From a virus: a stretch of DNA of 64,000 nt. The notes below the pieces were generated by a model. That model did not search any database. It had not been told where the DNA came from and worked only from the letters and a program-made list of their open reading frames with translations. The stretch spans positions 32,598-96,597 of IMG/VR virus record IMGVR_UViG_3300009430_000001; one strand, written 5' to 3'. Below, piece after piece: positions 55,588 to 64,000 of the stretch. The translations under genes and the position numbers were made by a program. The stretch's first letter is position 1. Each line of letters begins with the position of its first letter.

Positions 55588-56361
55588 TTGACCGCGATCG
55601 GCCAGGTTTCCATCAACGTGATCGGCCCTGTGATCGACGGGCAGCCGCTGGAGCTGCGCGCCTCGATCAGCGGGGATGCCGCGGCCCCTCGATTCGCCTG
55701 GTCGGCTCCAGTCGGTTCGCGCCTGACACCGCCTGCAGCCGGCGGCGGCACCTGGCAGATCCCGGTGTTCACCGCGGCGGCGGACGCGGGCGTCTTCTCG
55801 CTACAGGTCACGGACAGCGCGGCATCGGATTCGCCGAAGTCCGGATCGCTGAATGTGCAGCCGGGGCGCACGATCTCGAGATTCGGGCGTCTGTTCACCT
55901 GGTCCCCGCACCAGGGCGTGCCGGGTGGCGTGTGGTTGCTGACCGGCCCCGGGGTGGGCCCTGACGGCATCGGTGTTCCAGCTGCGCATGCTCCGCTGGA
56001 TCCTGCTTCGCCGATCTTCACGCAGGCGGGCCAGGTGATCTATCTCAAGCCCGATGGCCATGCTGCATTGGCGAAAGCTGATGACTTTGCCACTGCGGTG
56101 GCGATCGGCGTGGTTGTCAATGGCTCGCGGCCAGGGCAGATCACGAGCTACACCAGTGATGGCACCGTCTCCAGGGCTGACTGGACGCCGATCACCGGCA
56201 CGGCCAATCTGATCCCCGGACGGCGTTACTTCCTCAGCCCGAGCAACATCGGCCGGCTGGTGGATCAACCACCTGTCCGTCCGCATTACATCTGCTCGAT
56301 CGGTCGTGCGACGAGCTCGACGACGCTCGAGGTCGAAATTCAACCTGCGGTAAAAGCCTGA
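55588..56361 (+). CDS. Ig-like plus beta-rich structural protein
   Basis: Ig-like N-half; AGQVIYL..A.A....AIGVV..L.PG..YFLS..G.L...P..IGRA.S.T.L.V motif. Confidence 0.7.
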   Translation: MTAIGQVSINVIGPVIDGQPLELRASISGDAAAPRFAWSAPVGSRLTPPAAGGGTWQIPVFTAAADAGVFSLQVTDSAASDSPKSGSLNVQPGRTISRFGRLFTWSPHQGVPGGVWLLTGPGVGPDGIGVPAAHAPLDPASPIFTQAGQVIYLKPDGHAALAKADDFATAVAIGVVVNGSRPGQITSYTSDGTVSRADWTPITGTANLIPGRRYFLSPSNIGRLVDQPPVRPHYICSIGRATSSTTLEVEIQPAVKA

Positions 56362-58565
56362 TGACTGACTTTCGCCCGCTTGTTCTTGATCCCAGCAAGG
56401 GAGTTCCGCAGGTTCTCGGCGATGGTGCCGTTCTCGCCGTAGGCGGAAGCAATGGCACCGTTGGCGGATTCAGGCACACCGGCGGCTGGCTTGGATTCAA
56501 CAACAGACAGGGCCTCAATCAGATTCCGCAGCTGTTCGGCAGCGGGATTGACGTCTTCCGTCAGGTTGTCGACAGCCTGGTGGAATATGGCCTACTGGAG
56601 AGCCATTTGGGCGCAGGCTGGGCCGATCGGCTCGTCTACCTCCAGCAGCTGGCATCGATCAACTCGCATGTCACCGGGCGACTGATCGTCGGCAGCGCGG
56701 GAGGCTTCACAGCTCTCGATCTCCCAGCCGATCAGCCCGATGTGCTGCAGGTACCGGCCCGGACGGGATCCGTCCTTGGGTACGCACCGGTGGTCACCGT
56801 CGGCGATCAGCCGCCGCTTCGCCCGGCGCCGGGCTGCATCTGGGTGGACACCAGCAGGCCGGATGCCCCTCGCCTGCGCGTGTTCCGCGAAGGCGGCAGC
56901 TGGATGGATCTGCTTGCCGCACCGCTGCGGGACCTGGGCCTGGCCGGGCCCGCGGTGCACGGCGGCATGCTGATCGCTGATCGCGGCAGCTGGTCGGTCC
57001 TCGGACCAGGCGGCGCCGGGCAGGCGCTGACGATCGGGCCGAATGGCCGGCCGGTGTGGGCCGACTTCCTGCGCTTCGGGCCCAAGCCGCCCTGGAAGGA
57101 TCACGACACGGTCCCGCATCCGCCGACGATCTGGGTCGACCCGGCCGCCAACGCCGAGCGGCTCAGCTGGTGGTGCCCGGATTCCCGGCAGTGGCAGGGC
57201 GTCTACTCCAACTCGCCGATCCTCGATCGCCTGGCGGAGCTCCGGGCCCAATACCGCGAAGGCGATCTACTCGGCTTCGCCGCCGGCCAGATTCAGCGCC
57301 TCGGCGCCGGGCGCCAGGCCGATCGGCTGACGATGCGCGGCGGGGTGCCGGTGTGGGAGCCGGCGCTTCACATCTCCGATGCAGCGCCGGCGGGCCACGA
57401 CGGCGAACTTTGGTACCAGGCCGATCGCGGCGTGCTGCGCGTGCGGCATGCGGGCGAATGGCAGATCGCCAACGGCACGATCTGGAGCGACCTCAACGCC
57501 AGTGGCGCCCGGCTCGAGCCTGGCACCGCGGTGTTCCTGAACTCCGGTGGCTGGAAGCGCGTCGATGCGTCGCTGAGCGGCAGCAGCCAGTTCGGCGGCC
57601 TGGTCGTCACTGGCGGCGATGCTGGCGACATGGTGGCCGTCGCCTGGGGCGGCGTCGTCACCCTGGGCCCCTCGGACTGGGATGCGGTGATCGATCCGGC
57701 TGACGGCCAGGCGCCAGGCGGGCTGAACCCCGGCCGCACCTACTACGCCAGCGCGGGCCAGCCCGGGATGCTGAGCGTCAATCCGGCTTCGGGCCTGCCG
57801 ATCGGCCAGGCGCTGGATGGCACCTCGCTGTTCCTGTTCCCCCAGGCGGACCTGGGCGGCGGGTCCGCGGCGGCCAGGTGGTTCCTCGGCACGCTCGATC
57901 CATGCCTGCCGCATGCCTTCGATGACGGCGACGTGCTCGGCTGGAACGGCCACCAGTTCGGCAAGGCCGCCTGGATCAACGGGGCCCGCACGCCGATCGC
58001 CATCCGGCACTCGAGTCGTCTGGTGGACCCGGTAACTGGCAAGCCGACGCTGCCCGGCACGCCCGGGGCCCAGGCCGAAGCACCAACCGACACCGGCCTG
58101 CCCAATGGCGTGTCGTTCCTGCGCGACGGTGAGCTGTTCCTCGGGACCAACCCGGCCGATCCGGCGCTGTGGTGGAAGCTCTCCGATGGCTCCACCTACC
58201 GCTTCGCGGGCGGCGGCGGGCCCGGCGCACTCGATTTCCACGCCGAGGATTTCGCCACCGATCCGGATGCGGCGCAGATCGTCCTCGATGCCGGTGGGCG
58301 CCGGCGGGAGGTGGTGCTGCGCGGGGCGGACGGGATCGAGGTCACGGCCACGAACCAGGGCACCCTGGTGATCAGCGGCGCTGCGCTGCTCAACCGGCGT
58401 CAGCCCGGGATCGATGGGGGCAGGTTTTCGCCCAAAGCCGCCTTCCGCCCAGGTGTCACGGGCGCTTCGGCGCTCGATGCCGGGCGGTTCACCCTGCCGG
58501 AGGTGCAGCCGCCGAAAGCCAGGCGCGAGATCGACGCTGGCGATTTCCACATCGGGAAGCCCTGA
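56361..58565 (+). CDS. tail fibre-like protein
   Basis: Repeated G.(I/L)W.D...L.V...G.W modules; C-terminal [IL]D[GA]G.F x3. Confidence 0.7.
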   Translation: MTDFRPLVLDPSKGVPQVLGDGAVLAVGGSNGTVGGFRHTGGWLGFNNRQGLNQIPQLFGSGIDVFRQVVDSLVEYGLLESHLGAGWADRLVYLQQLASINSHVTGRLIVGSAGGFTALDLPADQPDVLQVPARTGSVLGYAPVVTVGDQPPLRPAPGCIWVDTSRPDAPRLRVFREGGSWMDLLAAPLRDLGLAGPAVHGGMLIADRGSWSVLGPGGAGQALTIGPNGRPVWADFLRFGPKPPWKDHDTVPHPPTIWVDPAANAERLSWWCPDSRQWQGVYSNSPILDRLAELRAQYREGDLLGFAAGQIQRLGAGRQADRLTMRGGVPVWEPALHISDAAPAGHDGELWYQADRGVLRVRHAGEWQIANGTIWSDLNASGARLEPGTAVFLNSGGWKRVDASLSGSSQFGGLVVTGGDAGDMVAVAWGGVVTLGPSDWDAVIDPADGQAPGGLNPGRTYYASAGQPGMLSVNPASGLPIGQALDGTSLFLFPQADLGGGSAAARWFLGTLDPCLPHAFDDGDVLGWNGHQFGKAAWINGARTPIAIRHSSRLVDPVTGKPTLPGTPGAQAEAPTDTGLPNGVSFLRDGELFLGTNPADPALWWKLSDGSTYRFAGGGGPGALDFHAEDFATDPDAAQIVLDAGGRRREVVLRGADGIEVTATNQGTLVISGAALLNRRQPGIDGGRFSPKAAFRPGVTGASALDAGRFTLPEVQPPKARREIDAGDFHIGKP

Positions 58566-58568
58566 ACC

Positions 58569-59045
58569 ATGGCCACCTGCTGCGACACGAGTTTCACCGG
58601 GCTGCCGACGCATCGCGAGCCGATCCGGCTGGCGCGCGGCACCTACTGCTCGCTCTACTCCAATCGCGACATGCTTTGCGATGGCGAGGTGGTCTACGCC
58701 GAGGACCTGCGGGCCCTGTTCATCGCCGAGTGCCGCAATGGCCGCATCGAGCTCAACCCGGTGCGCAGCACGATCCGGCCGGAAGCGCCACCGGTGCTGC
58801 GGCTTCAGGGGTTCATCGATCTGACGCAGCCTTCGACGCTCACGGGCCTGCAGCACGGTGATCTGCTCGTCAACACCCATGACGGCACGGCCGATGCGAG
58901 CTGGCGCCTGCCGCCGCCGGCCACTGTGACCAAGGGCGATGTGCTGGTCTGGGATGGGACGGCCGGCACCTGGATCCAGCAGAGCGGCCTCGTCGGGCTG
59001 CCGAACATCCCGCTCGATCTCTCCACGCTGCCGCTGCTGCCATGA
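58569..59045 (+). CDS. tail fibre-associated protein
   Basis: L.DGEVVYAED N-terminal module shared with the next gene; GDVLVWDG..W. Confidence 0.65.
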   Translation: MATCCDTSFTGLPTHREPIRLARGTYCSLYSNRDMLCDGEVVYAEDLRALFIAECRNGRIELNPVRSTIRPEAPPVLRLQGFIDLTQPSTLTGLQHGDLLVNTHDGTADASWRLPPPATVTKGDVLVWDGTAGTWIQQSGLVGLPNIPLDLSTLPLLP

Positions 59046-62000
59046 CCGCCACGCCGATCGCTGCTCCTCATCACGTCACGCCACTGGATCGGACACCGCT
59101 GCTCATCGCGCGCGGGCGCCGCGTCGATCTGGTCGCCTCGCTGTCCCTGTTCAACGAGGGTGAGCTCTGCTGGGCCGAAGACGAGGGGATCCTCTACATC
59201 GTCACGGCAGAGGCGGGCATCAAGGAGCTGCGCCAGGCCAGTGCCGGCGTGTTCATCGGCATTCAGCCGCCGGTCTACAAGGGGTTGAGCGCACCGAACA
59301 GCCCTGAAGTCGGCACGCTCTGGTTCGATTCTAACGGAGGGATCCTCAAGGTCTGGAACGGCCGTCAGTGGCTGACGATCGGCGACATGGCGCCAACGGT
59401 GGTGAGCCCGACGCGGCCCACCTCCCCGGCGCCGCACCAGTTCTGGGTGGACACCTCGAATGCCGCGCAGCCGCGGTTGTTCGTCTATGACGGCCATCAG
59501 TTCATCGAGATCAAGCCGCCGCTGGCCTCGGCGCACAACCACGGCCTGCTCGCCCAGGCCGACTGGGTGAAACTGCAGGGTCTGCAGAATGCCGCCACGC
59601 CGGACTGGAATGCAGGTCCGGGCGTGCCGGGCGAGATTCTCAACAAGCCGGTGATTCCGGCGCCCGTGCCGCTGGCGACCACCACCCGCCCCGGCATCGT
59701 GCAGCTGGCCACGGCGCAGGACCTGCAGGATCCGAACTGCGCGGATCGGGCCGTGGTGGCCAATCAGGTGCAGTGGCTGGCGGCAGCCCTGGCCTGGTGG
59801 AGATCGACCTGGCTGCCGAGCCGGATCGATTTCCTCGACAACCATCCCGGGATCTGGATGGGCCGCGATGATGCGCTGGAGACGCACGGGCCGATCGAGA
59901 TCTCTCTCGATGACGGGCCCTGGGGCACTGGGCCGAGCGCGGTCCACCTCAACACAAAGGTGGAGGGCCGCTGGGATCTCGATGCGGTGCTGGTCGCCAG
60001 CCACGGTGATCGACTGGCCGGCTGGATCCGCGGCCCGCTCGAGAACCTCCAGAAGGACTACGAGCTGACGCTCGATCGGCAGATCGATGTGCCGACGTTC
60101 CCGTCGGTGGTCGATGTGCCACTGGGCGGCTGGGCCGAAAGCGAGGCGGCCCCGCTCCTGGGCGGCAATGCGCCGTACTGGATCTGGGCACAGACGAATT
60201 CCGAGCGGGCCGAGGTGGCGGTCAACGGCGGCGAGTGGATCGTCCTGCCGAGCACCCCGGGCGGCCTGGTCGTGTTCCCCGGTGCACAGGTGCGCCTGCG
60301 GCAGCGGATGGGGGTTCACAGCGGCATGAGCGTGGCGACGGTGCTGTTCGCCGGCGACGGGGTCGTCAACGACGGCGGCACGTTCCAGGCCACCGCGGTG
60401 CGCGAGGCGCTGCCGGTGCTGGCGGATCTCGATGGCGTGCTGCTTGAGGAGGTCACCCCGGGCGGACCGCGGTTCACTGATCAGTCGTTCCGGGCGACGT
60501 TGAACTTCGAGGAGCGTGGCGTCCCCGAGCCAGTGGCCTGGCTGCGGGGCTGGGTGGAGGCCACGATCGATCGAACGCTGCGCACCGATGCGATCACGGC
60601 GATCACGCGTTCCACGGCAGGCCTGGGCCGGGAGTTCCGCTGCGCGATTCAGTGGAACGACGGCTCCAGGCCCGTGGGCAACCCGAATCAGAACTGGCCG
60701 TACATCGATTGCGACGATGATGACGGCGAGCTCGGCACACGCTGGGCGGATTACGATCCGAGTCGCTGCCAGCGCTGGTCGTCCTGGACGTTCCGTGGGT
60801 TCTCCTGCACGACGAACTGGCAGTATCCCTCCTCGCGGCTCGTCGTTCTGCTCGATGCGGAAGATGAGCAGGTGATCACGCTGGATGCAACGGGTTCGCC
60901 CTGGCGTGCAGGTGATGAGCATCATGAATACGATGTCAAGTTCTGGCGGTGGGACAGCGCTCAGCGCAAGTGGATCAAAGATGGCACCAGGCGCGGCAGG
61001 GACCTGCAGAACTACTTGCCCTACACCTTCAGCCAGCCGGCGCGGTATGTGGCGATCTCCGGCAAAGGCGGCTTCCCGCTGGCCTCGATCTGCACCTTAC
61101 GTCCGCGGCGCACTGTGCTGACCTTTGCCAGTGCGGAGGACCTGGCCTACTTCCGGGTTGGCGATCCGGTGCAGCAGGACGATGCGTCGCTGCAGCAGAC
61201 GGCGCATGTGATCGGCTGGAGCGGCGACAGGCTCAAGGACTGCGATCGGATTGGCGCTCTGCCGAGCAGCAGCCCCTATCCGAGCACGGGCCGGCTGCCG
61301 AGGGAGCTGGAGGATCTGCGCGGCCTGGCCTCGAAGCGCTCGATTCGTGTCGACTTCCGCGGCGCGCAGATCGGCGGCACGCTGGACATCGGCCTGGTCT
61401 GCTACGGGGAGGAGCGTCGCTACAGCTATGCGGTGATGACGCAGTACAAGGCGATCGTCCGGGATCGCACCGGCAAGCAGGTGGCCAGCCAGATCATCGA
61501 TCTGCGGCGCTTCCACGAGGACAGCGAGGATGCCGCCGCTGTGCAGTCAGCGCAGGTCCAGACGCCGGTGCGTGATGGCAGCCTGGAGCTCGTGCGGCTC
61601 TATGCCCGGCAGGTCTGCCCGGATGATCGCTGGGATCGCGATGACGAGGACGACGAGGTGACGCTCAAGCTGCTCTGGCTGGGCGGACGTTCCCTGCAGC
61701 CGACGGCGGTGGTCCAGGCGATCGATATGGCGGCTCGCACGATGACGATCGAGCAGGTCTGGGGGACGTTCGCGGTGGGCCGGCGGATCGTCGGCGATGC
61801 GCGGCGGATCGATGGCGTGCGGCGCTGGCTGCTGCTGGGCGAGGACGGCGAGGTGCTGGGGCTGCGGTCTGCGCCGAGCGACTTCCGCAAGCTGGCGTTC
61901 AGCAACGACAGCACGACGCTGCATTTCCCGGCGCTGCTCGATTCTGGCCATCCACCGGATGTTGATCTGCCGGCCGGTGCGCAGATCCAGGTGGAGGTGC

Positions 62001-62224
62001 GGGTCGAAAACCGCATCGGGGCGGACATCGCTGCTTCGAACTGGGTGCAGCCGGGCGGGCCGACGGCTGTCACCGAGGTGATGCTGCAGCAGTTCCGCTC
62101 GGCGCAGGCGGGCTATGCGGCCGGCGTGACGCAGCAACGACAGGCGGCTGTGGCGAAACTGCAGGGCCTGCAGCTCAGCGGCCTCGATCTCGAGGTGCTG
62201 CGCCTGATCCCGCACGACCACTGA
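59042..62224 (+). CDS. long tail fibre/receptor-binding protein
   Basis: 1060 aa; GTLWFD..LKVWNG.W, ATTTRPGIVQLAT fibre motif. Confidence 0.75.
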   Translation: MTATPIAAPHHVTPLDRTPLLIARGRRVDLVASLSLFNEGELCWAEDEGILYIVTAEAGIKELRQASAGVFIGIQPPVYKGLSAPNSPEVGTLWFDSNGGILKVWNGRQWLTIGDMAPTVVSPTRPTSPAPHQFWVDTSNAAQPRLFVYDGHQFIEIKPPLASAHNHGLLAQADWVKLQGLQNAATPDWNAGPGVPGEILNKPVIPAPVPLATTTRPGIVQLATAQDLQDPNCADRAVVANQVQWLAAALAWWRSTWLPSRIDFLDNHPGIWMGRDDALETHGPIEISLDDGPWGTGPSAVHLNTKVEGRWDLDAVLVASHGDRLAGWIRGPLENLQKDYELTLDRQIDVPTFPSVVDVPLGGWAESEAAPLLGGNAPYWIWAQTNSERAEVAVNGGEWIVLPSTPGGLVVFPGAQVRLRQRMGVHSGMSVATVLFAGDGVVNDGGTFQATAVREALPVLADLDGVLLEEVTPGGPRFTDQSFRATLNFEERGVPEPVAWLRGWVEATIDRTLRTDAITAITRSTAGLGREFRCAIQWNDGSRPVGNPNQNWPYIDCDDDDGELGTRWADYDPSRCQRWSSWTFRGFSCTTNWQYPSSRLVVLLDAEDEQVITLDATGSPWRAGDEHHEYDVKFWRWDSAQRKWIKDGTRRGRDLQNYLPYTFSQPARYVAISGKGGFPLASICTLRPRRTVLTFASAEDLAYFRVGDPVQQDDASLQQTAHVIGWSGDRLKDCDRIGALPSSSPYPSTGRLPRELEDLRGLASKRSIRVDFRGAQIGGTLDIGLVCYGEERRYSYAVMTQYKAIVRDRTGKQVASQIIDLRRFHEDSEDAAAVQSAQVQTPVRDGSLELVRLYARQVCPDDRWDRDDEDDEVTLKLLWLGGRSLQPTAVVQAIDMAARTMTIEQVWGTFAVGRRIVGDARRIDGVRRWLLLGEDGEVLGLRSAPSDFRKLAFSNDSTTLHFPALLDSGHPPDVDLPAGAQIQVEVRVENRIGADIAASNWVQPGGPTAVTEVMLQQFRSAQAGYAAGVTQQRQAAVAKLQGLQLSGLDLEVLRLIPHDH

Positions 62225-62256
62225 TTTTTACCCTGAACTTATCTGGAGCCTGAGCC

Positions 62257-64000
62257 GTGACCCTGCAGCCCACCGACATCTTCCTGTGCCAGCGCGGGAC
62301 GACGCTCTATCAGGTGCCGGCCTCGGACCTGGGCCAGGTGCGGGGCGTCACGGGCTCCGGGGCTCTCCAGGTGGTGATGGCCAACGGCATTGCCCACCTC
62401 TCCATCTTGTCGGCATCCGCCAATCGGATCGGCACGGTGCAGCTGGCGGATGCCAATGCGCTCAATGCCGGTACGCCGGGGCTGGTGCCGGATGCGCAGG
62501 TGATGAAGGCGGCGCTGGCGGCCGTGATGATTCCTTCGGCCACACCTGTGCTCGAAGGCAAGGTGAGGCTTGCCACCGAGGCGGAGGTGATCGCGGGGCA
62601 GTCGTCGGCAGTGGTGACAGCCTCAGGCCTGCATGCGTTCATCTATGGATCGATGAGCGGCAACTGGTTGCCGGATGCGGTGATGGCGCCGACGGAGACA
62701 CGGCGCAGTATCTGGGATGGACCGGATGATCGACTCACCGCCACGGGTGACATCGATTTCCGGCTCAATGGTGGTGGCTGGGGGCAGAACGATCGCGCCG
62801 TACGCGCTGGCGATGAGATCGAGGTGCGCTATGCGCCGGCCCGAGTCCAGGCCGCAGCCCACAACGGGGGCCTGACCGGCACGATGCAGAACATGAGCAA
62901 CAGTGTGCACCGGACCTGGAATGCGGTCGTGGACCGCGAGCCGAATCCGCTGTCCGTGCCGGAGCTGCAGACCGCGGCGCCGGGGCAGTGGATCACCAGC
63001 GACTACACCGCGCCGCTGTCGGGCGTCAACGTGCCGGTGCTCGCCTGGGGGCTGCCGGCCGTGCCGGCGGAGGTGCAGATCGAGGAGGGTCCCTGGACGC
63101 CGCTGGCGATGGGCGTCGACGCTGGCCTGCCGATCAACCCGGGCCAGCGGCTACGGATGCGGCATCGCGCTGCTGAGGGCTCTGCCGCGGTGACGGTCAG
63201 CTCGGTGAATGTGGGCAGCGGTGCGCATTTCATCACCGTTGAGTTCCGCACGCGCAACACCAGTCAGGTGGCGCCGGTGATCAGCGGCGTGCTCGTCAGC
63301 GAAGCCAACGCGGCGGATCCGAATCGATTCACGGGCAGCACGTTCTACGCCGATGTGCCGATGCTTCAGCCTGGTGTGCCGAAGGAAGAGGTGCGCATCG
63401 CCGGCCGCGTTGAGGGCATGGTTAGCGGGCCGATCGTGACCACGGCGATCACGGCTGTTGGCGGTGGTGGATCCAGCGCGGGTACGCCCTCCACGCAGTA
63501 CCGGATCACAGGGCGGATTGGCGATGGCAATGGGCTTGTCAGCTCGCAGCGACTGACGACATTGCAGGCTTCGCTGGGCACAGCCATCAATCCCGCGAAC
63601 TTCCGCACGTCGGATATGAGTTCGTTCGCGAACTTCGGCTCTCTGACAAGTGGCGGCAATGATCCGGGGCGCGAAGATGACCGTTATTACTTCTTCCTGC
63701 TCAATGGCCGTGCCGCAAAGGTGACACTGGCGCGTAGCGGTGGAGACTCCAGTGACGAAAACGAGCTCTACTACTGGGATGGCACGACCTGGAAGCATGA
63801 TCAGGACTTTGCCTTTTCCGGCAGTTTTGCGGTTGCCAGCAGGAATGCCGCAACAGCTTTTGCTGTTGTTGTGCGCGACAATGATTCGGCCGTAATGGGT
63901 GCTGGCGGCTTCCGCCTGCAGTCCCCGGTGGACGACAGCGCTTCGGGGCTGTTGGCGTTGACTTTCACGGATGCCACGGGACTGAATCTGCTGCGCGCCG
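62257..64000 (+). CDS. tail fibre-like protein, paralog of 59042..62224, truncated by window
   Basis: GTG 62257, 28 nt after TACCCTG; IGTVQLA, GKVRLAT, RFTG.TF and LTF.D..L segments match the previous gene; frame read open at both ends. Confidence 0.75.
   Translation, partial: MTLQPTDIFLCQRGTTLYQVPASDLGQVRGVTGSGALQVVMANGIAHLSILSASANRIGTVQLADANALNAGTPGLVPDAQVMKAALAAVMIPSATPVLEGKVRLATEAEVIAGQSSAVVTASGLHAFIYGSMSGNWLPDAVMAPTETRRSIWDGPDDRLTATGDIDFRLNGGGWGQNDRAVRAGDEIEVRYAPARVQAAAHNGGLTGTMQNMSNSVHRTWNAVVDREPNPLSVPELQTAAPGQWITSDYTAPLSGVNVPVLAWGLPAVPAEVQIEEGPWTPLAMGVDAGLPINPGQRLRMRHRAAEGSAAVTVSSVNVGSGAHFITVEFRTRNTSQVAPVISGVLVSEANAADPNRFTGSTFYADVPMLQPGVPKEEVRIAGRVEGMVSGPIVTTAITAVGGGGSSAGTPSTQYRITGRIGDGNGLVSSQRLTTLQASLGTAINPANFRTSDMSSFANFGSLTSGGNDPGREDDRYYFFLLNGRAAKVTLARSGGDSSDENELYYWDGTTWKHDQDFAFSGSFAVASRNAATAFAVVVRDNDSAVMGAGGFRLQSPVDDSASGLLALTFTDATGLNLLRA

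Noticed and set aside
55501-55588. Stop-codon recoding joining 54955..56361 into one ORF (all the same frame)
   Set aside because: It would need four stops of two types read through; TGA, TAA and TAG all serve as normal stops elsewhere, and 55588 has its own TACCCTG box
59042-64000. Diversity-generating retroelement acting on the tail fibres
   Set aside because: No reverse transcriptase and no near-identical TR/VR pair; the similarity is only protein-level paralogy
1-64000. tRNA or rRNA genes
   Set aside because: No cloverleaf with T-loop and acceptor stem was recognised by eye; a tRNAscan run would be needed to exclude them

Overview
This is a 64 kb segment of a tailed dsDNA phage genome, high in GC. 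The host is inferred to be a picocyanobacterium, but the window does not prove it. The left arm (1-24.1 kb) is a dense minus-strand array of small early/accessory genes: an SSB-like protein, two free-standing HNH endonucleases, DUF932, DUF7227-like, DUF6915/DUF6878, an RHH protein and a clamp-like protein. Most genes or operons in this arm are preceded by a dispersed hairpin repeat (about 19 copies). The right arm (24.2-64 kb) is a plus-strand late region: many Gly/Ala/Gln-rich putative internal virion proteins, TerS/TerL, a portal overlapping the scaffold gene by 500 nt, a lambda-type lysozyme, the major capsid protein, a decoration protein, and HhH, SWIM and tail-fibre-like proteins. Main observations: (1) the capsid gene is split by two ORF-less group I introns, has a highly structured 5' leader, and lies head-to-head with a LAGLIDADG protein whose two catalytic Asp are both Arg; (2) three separate cis-motif systems occur (the hairpin cassette repeat, an asymmetric 16-18-mer, and a TACHCTG box 24-32 nt before late genes); (3) a short peptide R-x-A-G-[DEK]-[AK]-L-[RP] is shared by the termini of unrelated late proteins and is a candidate capsid-loading or processing signal. 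All family assignments come from motif recognition by eye; no database search was run.
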